Positions 1 to 11,300 of a stretch of DNA of 64,000 nucleotides are shown here, one piece after another. Both the position numbers and the translations under genes were made by a program. The stretch comes from Ylistrum balloti. Lineage: Eukaryota. How positions within the stretch are numbered: position 1 is the first letter of the stretch; every line of letters starts with the position of its first letter. The notes under the pieces were generated by a model. That model was not told the origin of the DNA and did not search any database. It saw nothing but the letters and a program-made list of their open reading frames with translations. Location: contig NW_026782015.1 of the NCBI RefSeq assembly GCF_031769215.1, positions 930,001 through 994,000 of the forward strand, read 5' to 3'.

Positions 1-4
1 TGTA

Positions 5-44
5 TTGTCGACCGGTTTCATTCTCCCAGGCTTCTTCAGGACAA
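5..44 (-). ncRNA. Type I minimal hammerhead ribozyme-like motif (stem II decayed)
   Basis: Minus strand reads TTGTC-CTGAAGA-agcctgggagaat-GAAAC-CG-GTC-GACAA: stem I TTGTC/GACAA (5 bp), CUGANGA and GAAA core, GUC site, palindromic ACCGGT in stem III; stem II cannot be paired well. Confidence 0.45.
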
Positions 45-770
45 AAATCATTTTTTACTTTCCTGTAGTACTTATAATTGTGACTCTCTATATGCTAAAA
101 ATAGTGTGCTATTATGCGGTTATACAATTATAAGTTACTCAGATTCCTAAACAAGGAACACCCGATGTACAAAATTGAGCCAGAAATCGTCCAGGACAGG
201 ACTAGGGAAGAGGGCAAGAAACTGTCCTCCAAGAGACCATTCGAAAACCTTACTTAGTCCCAGTTGGAGCATGCAAAGTTTTGGGTGGTCCCAGCTTATC
301 AAAGGGAGACCATCCGAAAAAAGCCAGGGCAATAATGGATCAGGCAATCAACTTGCTGAAGGAGGACCTCACTCTTAGCAACAATTCCGAAGCATCTAGG
401 TCAACACTGAACATGTCAGAGAATGAATAGGAAGGAACAGAGACCAGGGACTAATGAAGTTACAATATATATATCGGCAACAATGTCTACAATATGTCTG
501 GATGAACATCAAGATGTGAACAGGATTGTATGAACAATTAACAGTGATGGATATCCTTTATTAGTGATAATGAATTTAAAGGATATGGACACTATCTAAA
601 TATGATATAATTAGGACGCATGCGAGTGTATACCTACAGTTACTAACCAAGTTTATGTAAATCAGAGTAACGGAACTTGTAATGGTATAACATCATAATA
701 GCAGATATACTACATTTAGCATATAGGGAACCCAAATTTAAATACTTTAGGAGAGTTGAAAATGAAATTT

Positions 771-807
771 TTGTCCTGAAAAAGCCCGAGAGGGCGAAAC
801 GGTTGTC
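771..807 (+). ncRNA. Hammerhead ribozyme-like motif (core decayed, stem II intact)
   Basis: TTGTC-CTGAAAA-A-GCCC-GAGA-GGGC-GAAAC-GGTTGTC: perfect GCCC/GGGC stem II with GNRA-type loop, but G8 of CUGANGA is A and the stem I partner is disrupted. Confidence 0.4.
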
Positions 808-1742
808 AATGCCTAATAAAATACTGCAACTCTAAAATCTGTTGTGATTTACATATTTAATCTACAAAAAAAATTAACACATTGCATAAAACAAAATTTA
901 TTCAAAATCAACAAATCTTTTGACATATCCTGATGCATTTACGAATTAAAAACATACAAAATTAAAATAATGACATCTCCGAATTCTATAAAATCTCCAG
1001 TTAGTTGTATACCATCTTGCACCTTTTAAATATATAGCACAGGTTTCCTCTACCTTTTGACACATATAATCTATTACTATTCTATTGAAAGCTCTTGATG
1101 ATCTGGCATGTACGCATCGTTTTTAAGGAAGCTTTAGCACTGAAAAACAACTTATAAAATACCCACGTGATTTTCACTTTAGCACCATCTATACAACATA
1201 CCAAGCATTTATTTTAGCACTAATTAGAAACATATAATCTAGATTCTAACTCCAGCTAATATTCACTATAGCAGAAATTGGGAACTAGTGAACTCAATCA
1301 TTTGCTGCAACATTGATCGCAATCCTCATTTTATCTTAACATGTTATTACCAGTCATACATAAGTCGATAAAAGTTTGTGGTTAAAGAGATATCTCTGTA
1401 TAGTGTGTTATAACAATAACAAGTGACAACTGGCCAAGCTAAAACTAATCAAGATGAACTCAATTGGCAGGAAACACATAAACATTGGATAGGTTTTAAA
1501 CCGTAAAATCGTATGCCTGCATATCATTTGATCCATGTCTGAACCAATAAAAATAAATCCTTCATGACTTGAGCATACAGTAATCAGATTCATAGCAACC
1601 CTTTAACATGAAGAACAGGTAGGTTTGTCTATCACTATGTTCCTTGGTATCAATAGGTCAACGCTTTGATGATACGTGTTTGACAACCCAAGATAAAAAC
1701 CGGGAAGCTGATATATCACATAGTTGATAACACTTTACTTGA

Positions 1743-2339
1743 TCAATGCTGGGACGAATCATCATTAGATGACCCCTGACCCTGATTGACGTTTAGAGTC
1801 TGTAACAGTGGCAACAGTCCAGAAAGCAGTGGCATATTGGCCTGTGGCTGAGGTAGGGTTTGCTGTGCCAGTCCTCCCAAGTACGGTGGCATTCCCATCA
1901 TAAGCTGATTCCCTGCTAGGTTAGTCTGCATGAAGTTCATCAGTTGGGGTGTCATACCTGCCTGACTTGTAGCAAATTGCGGGTTCATTAACTGGGGTGT
2001 CATACCTGGCTGGCTTGTGGCCATATATTGCAGGTTGACATCAGGGGTTCTTGGAGCGTTGGTGTACTGCTGGTTCAGGACACAGTGAGGCTGCTGAAAT
2101 GGAACTGAGCCTCTTACAAACTGATTTGTCAGACTCGGAATCTGTGCCCCTAAATGGGCCTGAGGCAGCATCATGGTCTGTAACAGCATCTGTTGTTGGG
2201 CCAGGGTGTTCAGTAGTTCCTCATTGGTAGGGGTAGTCAACTGACTGGAGGTGGCAGGATTCGTCTGATACAGTTTATTCTGCATAGGGGCAACAACATT
2301 CGTCTTAATGGGCGACGCATTGGATGTAGATGTGCCCAT
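1743..2339 (-). CDS. TDRD5: TDRD5-like exon 22 (terminal, Q/M/P/N-rich low-complexity tail, stop at 1743)
   Basis: Acceptor TTTATAG|ATG at 2340/2339, phase 0 matching exon 21; 198-aa open frame to TGA. Confidence 0.75.
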   Translation of the reverse strand: MGTSTSNASPIKTNVVAPMQNKLYQTNPATSSQLTTPTNEELLNTLAQQQMLLQTMMLPQAHLGAQIPSLTNQFVRGSVPFQQPHCVLNQQYTNAPRTPDVNLQYMATSQPGMTPQLMNPQFATSQAGMTPQLMNFMQTNLAGNQLMMGMPPYLGGLAQQTLPQPQANMPLLSGLLPLLQTLNVNQGQGSSNDDSSQH

Positions 2340-5300
2340 CTATAAACATGCAACAGATATATAAAAATGTTCATGTAATTTTTACTGAATCATCCAGTCA
2401 AAGATTGGCCTGATGTCTGGTATTATATTAATTGCTGTTCCATTCACAAGACAATTCAATGAAAGTGAAGACAAGACCACATTTACTGTATGTTTTTAAT
2501 CCTTGGTAATCAAAATGAATATTGAGACAGCCAACTAACTACTTTCACATGATATGATTTTTATATGAAACATAATGGAATACAAAAGTTGTAACAACAG
2601 ACCATTATTACTTAACAAAACATATCAAATTTTTCACTGACCTGTGGTATTCCCTTCAATGGAGACACTCGGATGTGGTCAAACACGTCCTCAGAAACAG
2701 CAGCTTTAATTTTGTTATCTGTTGTGGCAACTCTAGTTGGTCCTGGAGGACTTGATGTTATTTTCTTTTCTGGACTGTCTGGGTCCAGAGCTGTAGAAAA
2801 TACACCAAATATATTCACATCAGGCAACTAAAATAGGAACTGTTGTAACAAATAAACAGTCGATAGTCATCACAGGGATTCAGTCACATCGAACTCTCAT
2901 CACAGGGATTCAGTCACATAAACCTCGTATCACATGAATTCAGTCCATAAACCTCGTATCACTGGAATTCAGTCACATAAATCTCTCATTACAGGGATTC
3001 AGTCACATAAACCTCATCACTGGATTTCAGTCACATAAACCTCTCATCACAGGATTCAGTCACATAAACCTCTCATCACAGGGATTCAGTCACATCAAAC
3101 TCACATCACAGGGATTTTGTCACACCAATCTCTCATCACAAAGATTCAGTCACATAAACCTCTCATAACAGGAATTCAGTCAGATAAACCATTCATCACA
3201 GGGATTAAGTCACATCAAACTCTCATCACAGGGATTTCGTCACATAAACCTCATCACAGGGATTTAGTCACATAAACCTCTCATCACAGGGATTTAGTCA
3301 CATAAACCTCATCACAGGGACTCAGATAAACCTCTCATCACAGGGACTCAGTCACATAAACCTCTCATCACAGGGATTTAGTCACATAAACCTCTCATCA
3401 CAGGGATTTAGTCACATAAACCTCTCATCACCGGGATTTAGTCACATAAACCTCTCATCACAGGGATTTAGTCACATAAACCTCTCATCACAAGGATTCA
3501 TGCACACATAAATCTATCATCACTGGGATTTAGTCACATAAACCTCATCACAGGGATTTAGTCACATAAACTTCTCATCACAAGGATTCAGTCACATAAA
3601 CCTCTCATTACAGGGACTCAGATTCAGATATATGCATTTTGTATCTAACTCTATCAAACTGAATTGAATACAATACAACATATGATTTTACTACCAGTAT
3701 CCATGTTTCGTTCAACACTGTGATATAAGCACCGAAAAAAGGAGCAAAATTAATCATTTCTTGAAAGGGTCATAACACTTCATAATTGCATATTCTGTGT
3801 AACTGACTTTCACCTTTACGCTGCCGTTGCTGGTCCTGCATGTCCCTCAGTACACTTATCTGGTCCTCAACTTCCTTCAGCTGGTTCATATCATTCTCCA
3901 TATCTTCTGGGTGAGTCATCAAATTTTGAAGAATCCTTTTCCTAGAAGAAAATAATATGACAATTTTCAAAACAAATAAACAACAATATATCCTTATCAT
4001 TGGTGCAGCTAAATGTGTTTTCTGGATGCTGACTTTATAAGTAAAGAATATTAGAAAAGTACAACAGATATGTCATCCACATCACAGTAATTTACACTTC
4101 AGCGACTTTGTCAGAAGAGTTATCAGAAAAGTAACATGAGAGTGTTATCCACATCAGAGTAATTTACACTTCAGCGACTTTGTCAGAAGGAGTTATCAGA
4201 AAAGTAACATGAGAGTGTTATCCACATCACAGTAATTTACACTTCAGTGACTTTGTCAGAAGAGTTATCAGAAAAGTAACATGAGAGTGTTATCCACATC
4301 AGAGTAATTTACACTTCAGTGACTTTGTCAGAAGAGAATATTGGAAAAGTTGTTAAAGTTACTGTGTTGTTATAGTTACCGTTTGAACTGCAGGAGCTGG
4401 AGACTGTGTTGTTATAGTTACCGTTTAAACTGCAGGAGCTGGAGACTGTGTTGTTATAGTTACTGTTTGAACTGTAGGAGCTGGAGACTGAATTGCTATA
4501 GTTACCGTTTGAACTGCTGGAGCTGGAGACTGTGTTGTTATAGTTACCGTTTGAACTGCTGGAGCTGGAGACTGTGTTGTTATAGTTACCGTTTGAACTG
4601 CAGGAGCTGGAGACTGTGTTGTTATAGTTACCGTTTAAACTGCAGGAGCTGGAGACTGTGTTGTTATAGTTACCGTTTGAACTGTAGGAGCTGGAGACTG
4701 TGTTATAGTTACCGTTTGAACTGTAGGAGCTGGAGACTGTGTTGTTATAGTTACCGTTTGAACTGCATGAGCTGGAGACTGTGTTGTTATAGTTACCGTT
4801 TGAACTGCAGGAGCTGGAGACTGTGTTGTTATAGTTACCGTTTAAACTGCAGGAGCTGGAGACTGTGTTGTTATAGTTACCGTTTGAACTGTAAGATCTG
4901 GAGACCGAGTTGTTATAGTTACCGTTTGAACTGTAGGAGCTGGAGACTGTGTTGTTATAGTTACCGTTTGAGCTGTAGGAGCTGGAGACTGTGTTGTTAT
5001 AGTTACCGTTTGAGCTGTAGGAGCTGGAGACTGAATTGCTATAGTTACCGTTTGAACTGCTGGAGCTGGAGACTGTGTTGTTATAGTTACCGTTTGAACT
5101 GCTGGAGCTGGAGACTGTGTTGTTATAGTTACCGTTTGAACTGTAGGAGCTGGAGACTGAATTGCTATAGTTACCGTTTGAACTGTAGGAGCTGGAGAGT
5201 ATGTTGTTATAGTTACCTTTTGAATTGTAGGAGCTGGAGACTGAGTTGGATATCTTCCAGACTGACTTGAAAGTCTGACAAGTCCTCACTGGCCTGACTC

Positions 5301-8300
5301 TCTGAGTCTGGGTAGTCCTCACCCTGAAAAATCCAGGAGCATTATTTCAGTGAAAATCACATATTGTTAATTATAACTACAATTAAAAAAAAAAATAAAA
5401 ACAGATATAATTAGATCTATTTAAATGTGACTGTTTCACATGTTAGTGTACATACCTTCCAGTAGGGGTCACATGGGTCAAACATCTGGATAAGCTCTTT
5501 CACATTGGTTCGTAGCTCCTGACATTGGTGCTCAAACAGATCCAGAATGAACGGCACCCTACAAAGAGAAAGTTGTCTCCCATACACATTAACTATCTGA
5601 TATCAGTGGGAAGAAAGATGAAATGGTGAATAATATAGATTAATTTTATGACATCAATATATGAAGAAAGACAGATTCAACACCTGTGTATATGATTTGT
5701 TTGAAGATTGAAGGACTAGGAATCCAACACTTGAATGGGGAAAGCTGACGGTTCATTACGACAACAAAAGAATGAGTAAAGCAGAAATTATTTATCCCTT
5801 GGTGGAGTTTAAGGTAAATGGAAGAGTACCTGTCAGCCCAAGAAATAATAATCAAGAGGGCAAATGGGCCTGTCTCACTCATCTGGTATAGTATCATAAC
5901 ATCTCACAAAAACATTAGCATTTTACATCATTGGCATTCCAGCCTTGGCTGATAAGATTAAGTTGTTAGAAGTTTTCAACAAATTTGACCCCATGACCTT
6001 GAATAGTTGTCAAAGTTTTTTTTTCTTTTCATAATCTTTGATGAGATTTAACTCCAGGAACTATCAACCAAATGTCATAACACTGGACATTTTAGTTCAT
6101 AAGAAGAAGTTGTACAAAAGTTTTAACCAATTTGATCCCTTTTAACCTTGCGTATGGCTTATCAATTCATCTCTTTTCCAAATTTTGTCACCATTAATAA
6201 AAGAAACTTTCCTGTCAAATAAGATTCTGCACCTTTTGATTATCAGATTTAAGTCTTTTGATGACTTAAACAACTTTGACCCCTGTGACCTCCAATATGA
6301 GTCAAAGTCATTTCTTTTCCTCGTCTTTGTAAAGCTTCAGCCCAGGAACTTTCTAGTTAAATAATGACTCTAAGCCTTTTGGTAGATCAGAAAATGTTGC
6401 TGAAAGGGAAAAGTTGAAGCCAGACAAACAGACAATGGCCACCCACCACAGCAGAAGTCAATAAGCTATTAAATTATCCATTTTGTTATATAAGAAACCC
6501 TAAGAATTAATATCTTGGCACAACATCAGAATGACTTTCAATACTTACCTGTTGAGTTCATACAATGAGATGGACTTCTTCTCATTGTCTTGAAATACAC
6601 CACATCTAAAATATAAAGACATCCTTAATTAAAAACAAGATAACCCATTCCAACTTAAGATGGGAAAAAATATAATTATAAATTTGACAAAGTAAAGGCA
6701 AAAGCAAAAAAGACAATGGACTTATCTGATAGGGGAGTGATCAGGGCATAACATCACTATCATATATAGCCACCTCAATCTACAGGGAAGAAAGAACCAG
6801 GTATAAATATATACAACCACAAATATGGATTACCTCCCTTTATCTGTTTCTCTAAAATGTACTTACTGACGGAGATCCTCAAACACTTCTGGGTATTTGT
6901 CCTGTCTCAGAGTCAGTCTGCTCACAGGTATGTTTTGTTGTTCCAGCTAAATATAACAGAAACAGGCACATCAGTCCAACACAAAGAGTTAAAAATATCT
7001 TTGAGGATATTTCAGTTGGTACAACAATACTTCAGTAGACATGAGAGAGAAGACATTGTCTTACCAGTTCTTTGAGGATGTCAGCCTCCCAGAGGTAGAC
7101 TAACACTTAAGTAAACCTGACAGAGAGGACAGTAACTTACCTCATCTTGGAGGATGTCAGCCTCCCAGAGGTAGACTAACACTTCAGTAAACCTGACAGA
7201 AAGGACAGTAACTTACCTCATCTTGGAGGATGTCAGCCTCCCAGAGGTAGACTAACACCTCAGTAAACCTGACAGAGAGGACAGTAACTTACCATTTCTG
7301 TGAGTATGTCAGAATCCCAGAGGTAGACTAACACCTCAGTAAACCTGACAGAGAGGACAGAAACTTACCTAATCTTGGAGGATGTCAGCCTCCCAGAGGT
7401 AGACTAACACCTCAGTAAACCTGACAAAGTGGACAGAAACTTACCTCATCTTGGAGGATGTCAGCCTCCCAGAGATAGACTAACACCTCAGTAAACTTGA
7501 CAGAGAGGACAGTAACTTACCTCATCTTGGAGGATGTCATCCTCCCAGAGGTAGACTAACACCTCAGTAAACTTGACAGAGAGGACAGAAACTTACCTCA
7601 TCTTGGAGGATGTCAGCCTCCCAGAGGTAGACTAACACCTCAGTAAACCTGACAGAGAGGACAGTAACTTACCATTTCTGTGAGGATGTCAACCTCTTAG
7701 AGGTAGGCCAACACCTCAGTAAACCTGACAGAGAGGACAGTAACTTACCATTTCTGTGAGGATGTCAACCTCCTAGAGGTAGACAAACATCTCAGAAGAC
7801 TTGAGAGAGAAGACAGTATCTTACCGTGTCTGTGAGAATGTCTGTCTCCTAGAGGTTGATCAACAATTCAATAGTCATGAGAAAGAGGACAGTAACATAC
7901 CATGCTTGTGAGGATGTCTGCCTCCCAAAAGAATCCCGAAATCTCGCCAGACATCAGATAGGCAGTATCATTAAGGTTGATCAAGTTAACGATGTGTTCT
8001 CCTGTAAGCTGGATTCTGTAATACAGGAATCAGAATGCATGCACATCAAATTTAAAGCACATTCTGTAGAACTGATAGAAAATCATCATGTTCCTGGAAA
8101 ATTTAATTCTTCTTGGCTTGTATCATTTTCTTTAACGCATGCACTCAGTTACCAGTCCAAAAACTTACGGTTGAACAAAACGTCTGCTTAATTCTCGTGT
8201 CTCAATCTTGTTTTGCACCTGTGGCTGGACAGGCTGCTCCACTCCCACTTTGGGTTTAAATCCTTTTTCATAGACATAGGAATAGTCTGGCACCTACACA

Positions 8301-11300
8301 TAAAATTTTACAAATGGTGACTCAGGTCAGAAATTTTAATTAAAAGCTCTGATCAAGATGAAGTTACAACGTTTTCTCGCCCGCTTCAAAGATGCGTTCC
8401 AAGTTTTGATAGGGAAACATAACTCTTTCTTTCCGGAAAGGCAGTTCACGTGCACCTTTATTCTAAAAAAATTCTTAAAATCATCAAATGTGATGGAAGT
8501 CTTTATCCCCATAAACAAGATCATGATGCACTCTCAACAGAGTTTATTAATATGACATTTTTAATGGCCCGTCAACACATAAAAGATCTTTAGGGCCATA
8601 AACCAGTAAAACACACAGCAATCCAAAAGGAAATAACATCAAACAAACTAAAAGGTAAAAGACAAATGCTAAAAATGTTCAATGGTTATATCATCACAAA
8701 AGATTAAAATGGTTAGTCATAATATATTATATAGACCAAATTCTTTCAGATAACCTACGATTTTACAAAATCCAAGTCTCAACAGTTTCAAAAAGGGTCT
8801 TAAGACTTGTAATGTTACAATGTAGTGTTTATTGTTTTATTCTGCATAACCATATGCATGTCACAATTGGATACCATAAATCAATGTTGTCACACTCCTG
8901 ATCGACCAATGATGATCCAGTATTTGATGTGAATCTGAATACTAATAAATCATCTCAACCCTTGGAAAAGGACTTTCAATGTTTGGCACTTGACAACGCC
9001 CAATATCTTAAAGATGTTTTGTGTATTATCTCATACCAAGGATAGTTTTAATTTGTAAAGTTTACCAAGTGACTATGAGAGAATTAAATCTATGAAAATC
9101 CATACCTTCTAAGCAAAACTGAGGTTCACCACAATTTTGGCATCTGATTTTAGATTTAATATATCATACTGTTAACCTGGTAAAATATTAGCCACAATAT
9201 ACCCCTCAGTTAGAGAGAACTTAATTGAGCGTCAGGCTGATAAGACAAGAGTCTTGACTCGAATTTTGCAGAGGAATTGAAAGAAAAAATTACTTCCTTC
9301 ACAATACTTTTTAAACTGAACTGAAGTACATCACAATTTTTCCATCCAGATTTGGGTTAAATACAGCCATATTTTATAAATTTGAGTTAAGGCATACCTT
9401 TGGTCAAATATACCATATCTTTAAAACTTTATTGAATTCAAGAGTACATTTAATATGTATTATACCAGTAAATTCGGATTTTTACCTGGATTACCTAATC
9501 AAACCATTAATATGTTGTCGCTGTACCATTGCCGCTCACATTTAAATGGCTATACCATGCCAACTTTATGAGGTCGGATCACCACCCTTCAGCAGTAAAT
9601 GACCGACTTTCCCTTATCATTGATCTTCACTTCAATATACTGCTAGTCACCGAAATCAATCTCACTCAGGATAAGTAAATAACAAGTCCGTGTTGGAATC
9701 GTACTGCTATAGTGATTCTCAGATGTATAAGTGCTTCACCAATATACTTAGCTGTGATAACTACAATATCCGGGACAAGTTTTATCAACTTCAGTAAAAC
9801 TTTGGACGTTAAAACACGTCATGGTCTCTACTCCACTTCTATAGCCTTCTAATGCCGTTTTTATCAATGTCTTGGCCCTTTTCTGGCAATTAGCCAACAA
9901 ATGTCTATTTCTGAATCAGTTTTACAATTATTGCCAACAAAATAATTCATTTTATAATTTAATGATAACTTGGTAACCCCTTTAGCTAATGGTAGGACAA
10001 ATAATAAACACAGTAAATAAGTAACTCAACTATTCAAGGACTAGAATTCATCTGTGCTGCAAATTTTAAAAGCAGTTGTTGGAATTAAACATGAATATTG
10101 AAAAATGAATCAAAATCATATTTTCAAATCAAAATTTCAAAGAAAAATCAATTTCACTATGTATTTTGTCTTTTTAATAAAGGGGTATGGGAGTGGGTGG
10201 TAAGGGTGTTGGAGGTATATTCAGCATTCAACATTTTGAACAAGCAAACTTTAGAAACGATATCTGTGGAACAGTTAATGTAGAGTTACAAATTTCATCA
10301 TTTCATCAGGCTACAATGTACTGTAGAAATGTTCTCTCCTAGTCTAAAAACTATAATGATTACTATAACAATAATTGTGAGATATCAAGTAAACAAAACA
10401 GTGAAACTGCAATTAGCATAATCATATGTTAGTGCAATACTTTCAGCACAAGAAGTGTTAAAATAAAATTACCACTAAAACATATTCATTCACAGTAAGT
10501 GAAATAGATTTTATCTAAAATCTGATTTCACTTCATAGATGGGCTTCATGGATACCTATATAGACACTGCCCTCCTGTGATGTACTGCTATACAAAGTCC
10601 ATACATCAAAAATGCACATATAATGCATTTAAGGTCAAGGTCAAATATCCAATGAAGGTTACAGTATCCCAACTTGAATATAGAACACATTGCCTCCTCA
10701 TGTTGTACTTATTTCCCACTGATGGGAGATATATGGTCTGAAAACCTGTATTTCGTTTTTAATTTAGAATTTACAATCGTGCAAAGTAATGCAGAAGTTG
10801 CAGTGACCTCAATTTAGTACCTAACACACTGTCATATTCTGATCATGTTTTACAAATTTCTATGTCCATATGTTAAGGAAGCACATGATTAATATGATGT
10901 ATCACTTTTGACATCAGTTGATGCAGGTACAGAAGATAAAAAGAGTACAGGTTGGTAGTAATCATACCTTAAGCTATATAAGGTGGGAGTATATGGGAGT
11001 TAAGTAGATGGGAGTTTTGATTATTATATATCATTATACAAATGCCCTATCCAACAATGACCTGACAGAGTGACCTACCCTTGGTACTGATGAGACAGAA
11101 GGACTGAAACATGAACGAAACATTACACACCCACAGCCCTGATCAGTAAATGTATGTATTGGAAAAGTCTGATATTGGTTAATTGTTGTAGTAAATGTCC
11201 CTGCAGACAGGTTAGCAGGCTTGTGTGTATATATAATGAAAGTCAATACCTAACTAACATACATGTAGCAGTGAAAAATTGGCTGTCACCAAAACAAATA

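Larger units (their letters stand above)
1..830 (+). mobile_element. Degenerate Penelope-like retroelement remnant with inverted terminal (pLTR-like) copies
   Basis: Revcomp of 1-60 (AAAATGATTTTTGTCCTGAAGAAGCCTGGGAGAATGAAACCGGTCGACAAT) aligns with 759-811 (AAATGAAATTTTTGTCCTGAAAAAGCCCGAGAGGGCGAAACGGTTGTCAAT); both carry hammerhead-like cores; AATAAA at 815-820; a short in-frame NRDQG (436-450) recalls the C-terminal tail of PLE GIY-YIG endonucleases. May extend left of the window. Confidence 0.5.

Noticed and set aside
4309-5322. 337-aa Ser/Asn-rich ORF and antisense 309-aa Cys-rich ORF
   Set aside because: Both are translations of a 42-bp (multiple of 3) tandem array; the real exon is in another frame and stops at the donor at 5217.
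8001-8003. Alternative acceptor CTTACAG|GAGAAC for exon 15, and TTTTAG|TTGCCT (2828) for exon 21
   Set aside because: Phase-incompatible with the preceding exons (give immediate stops).
8905-8940. ATGATGA ... CTGA C/D-box snoRNA-like motif
   Set aside because: Boxes only ~30 nt apart with no terminal stem.
11084-11112. CTGATGA...GAAAC hammerhead-like spacing (also 59897-59915 and 39982-40010)
   Set aside because: No pairable stem II or missing GAAA; 59897 coincides with the SLC39A7 acceptor.
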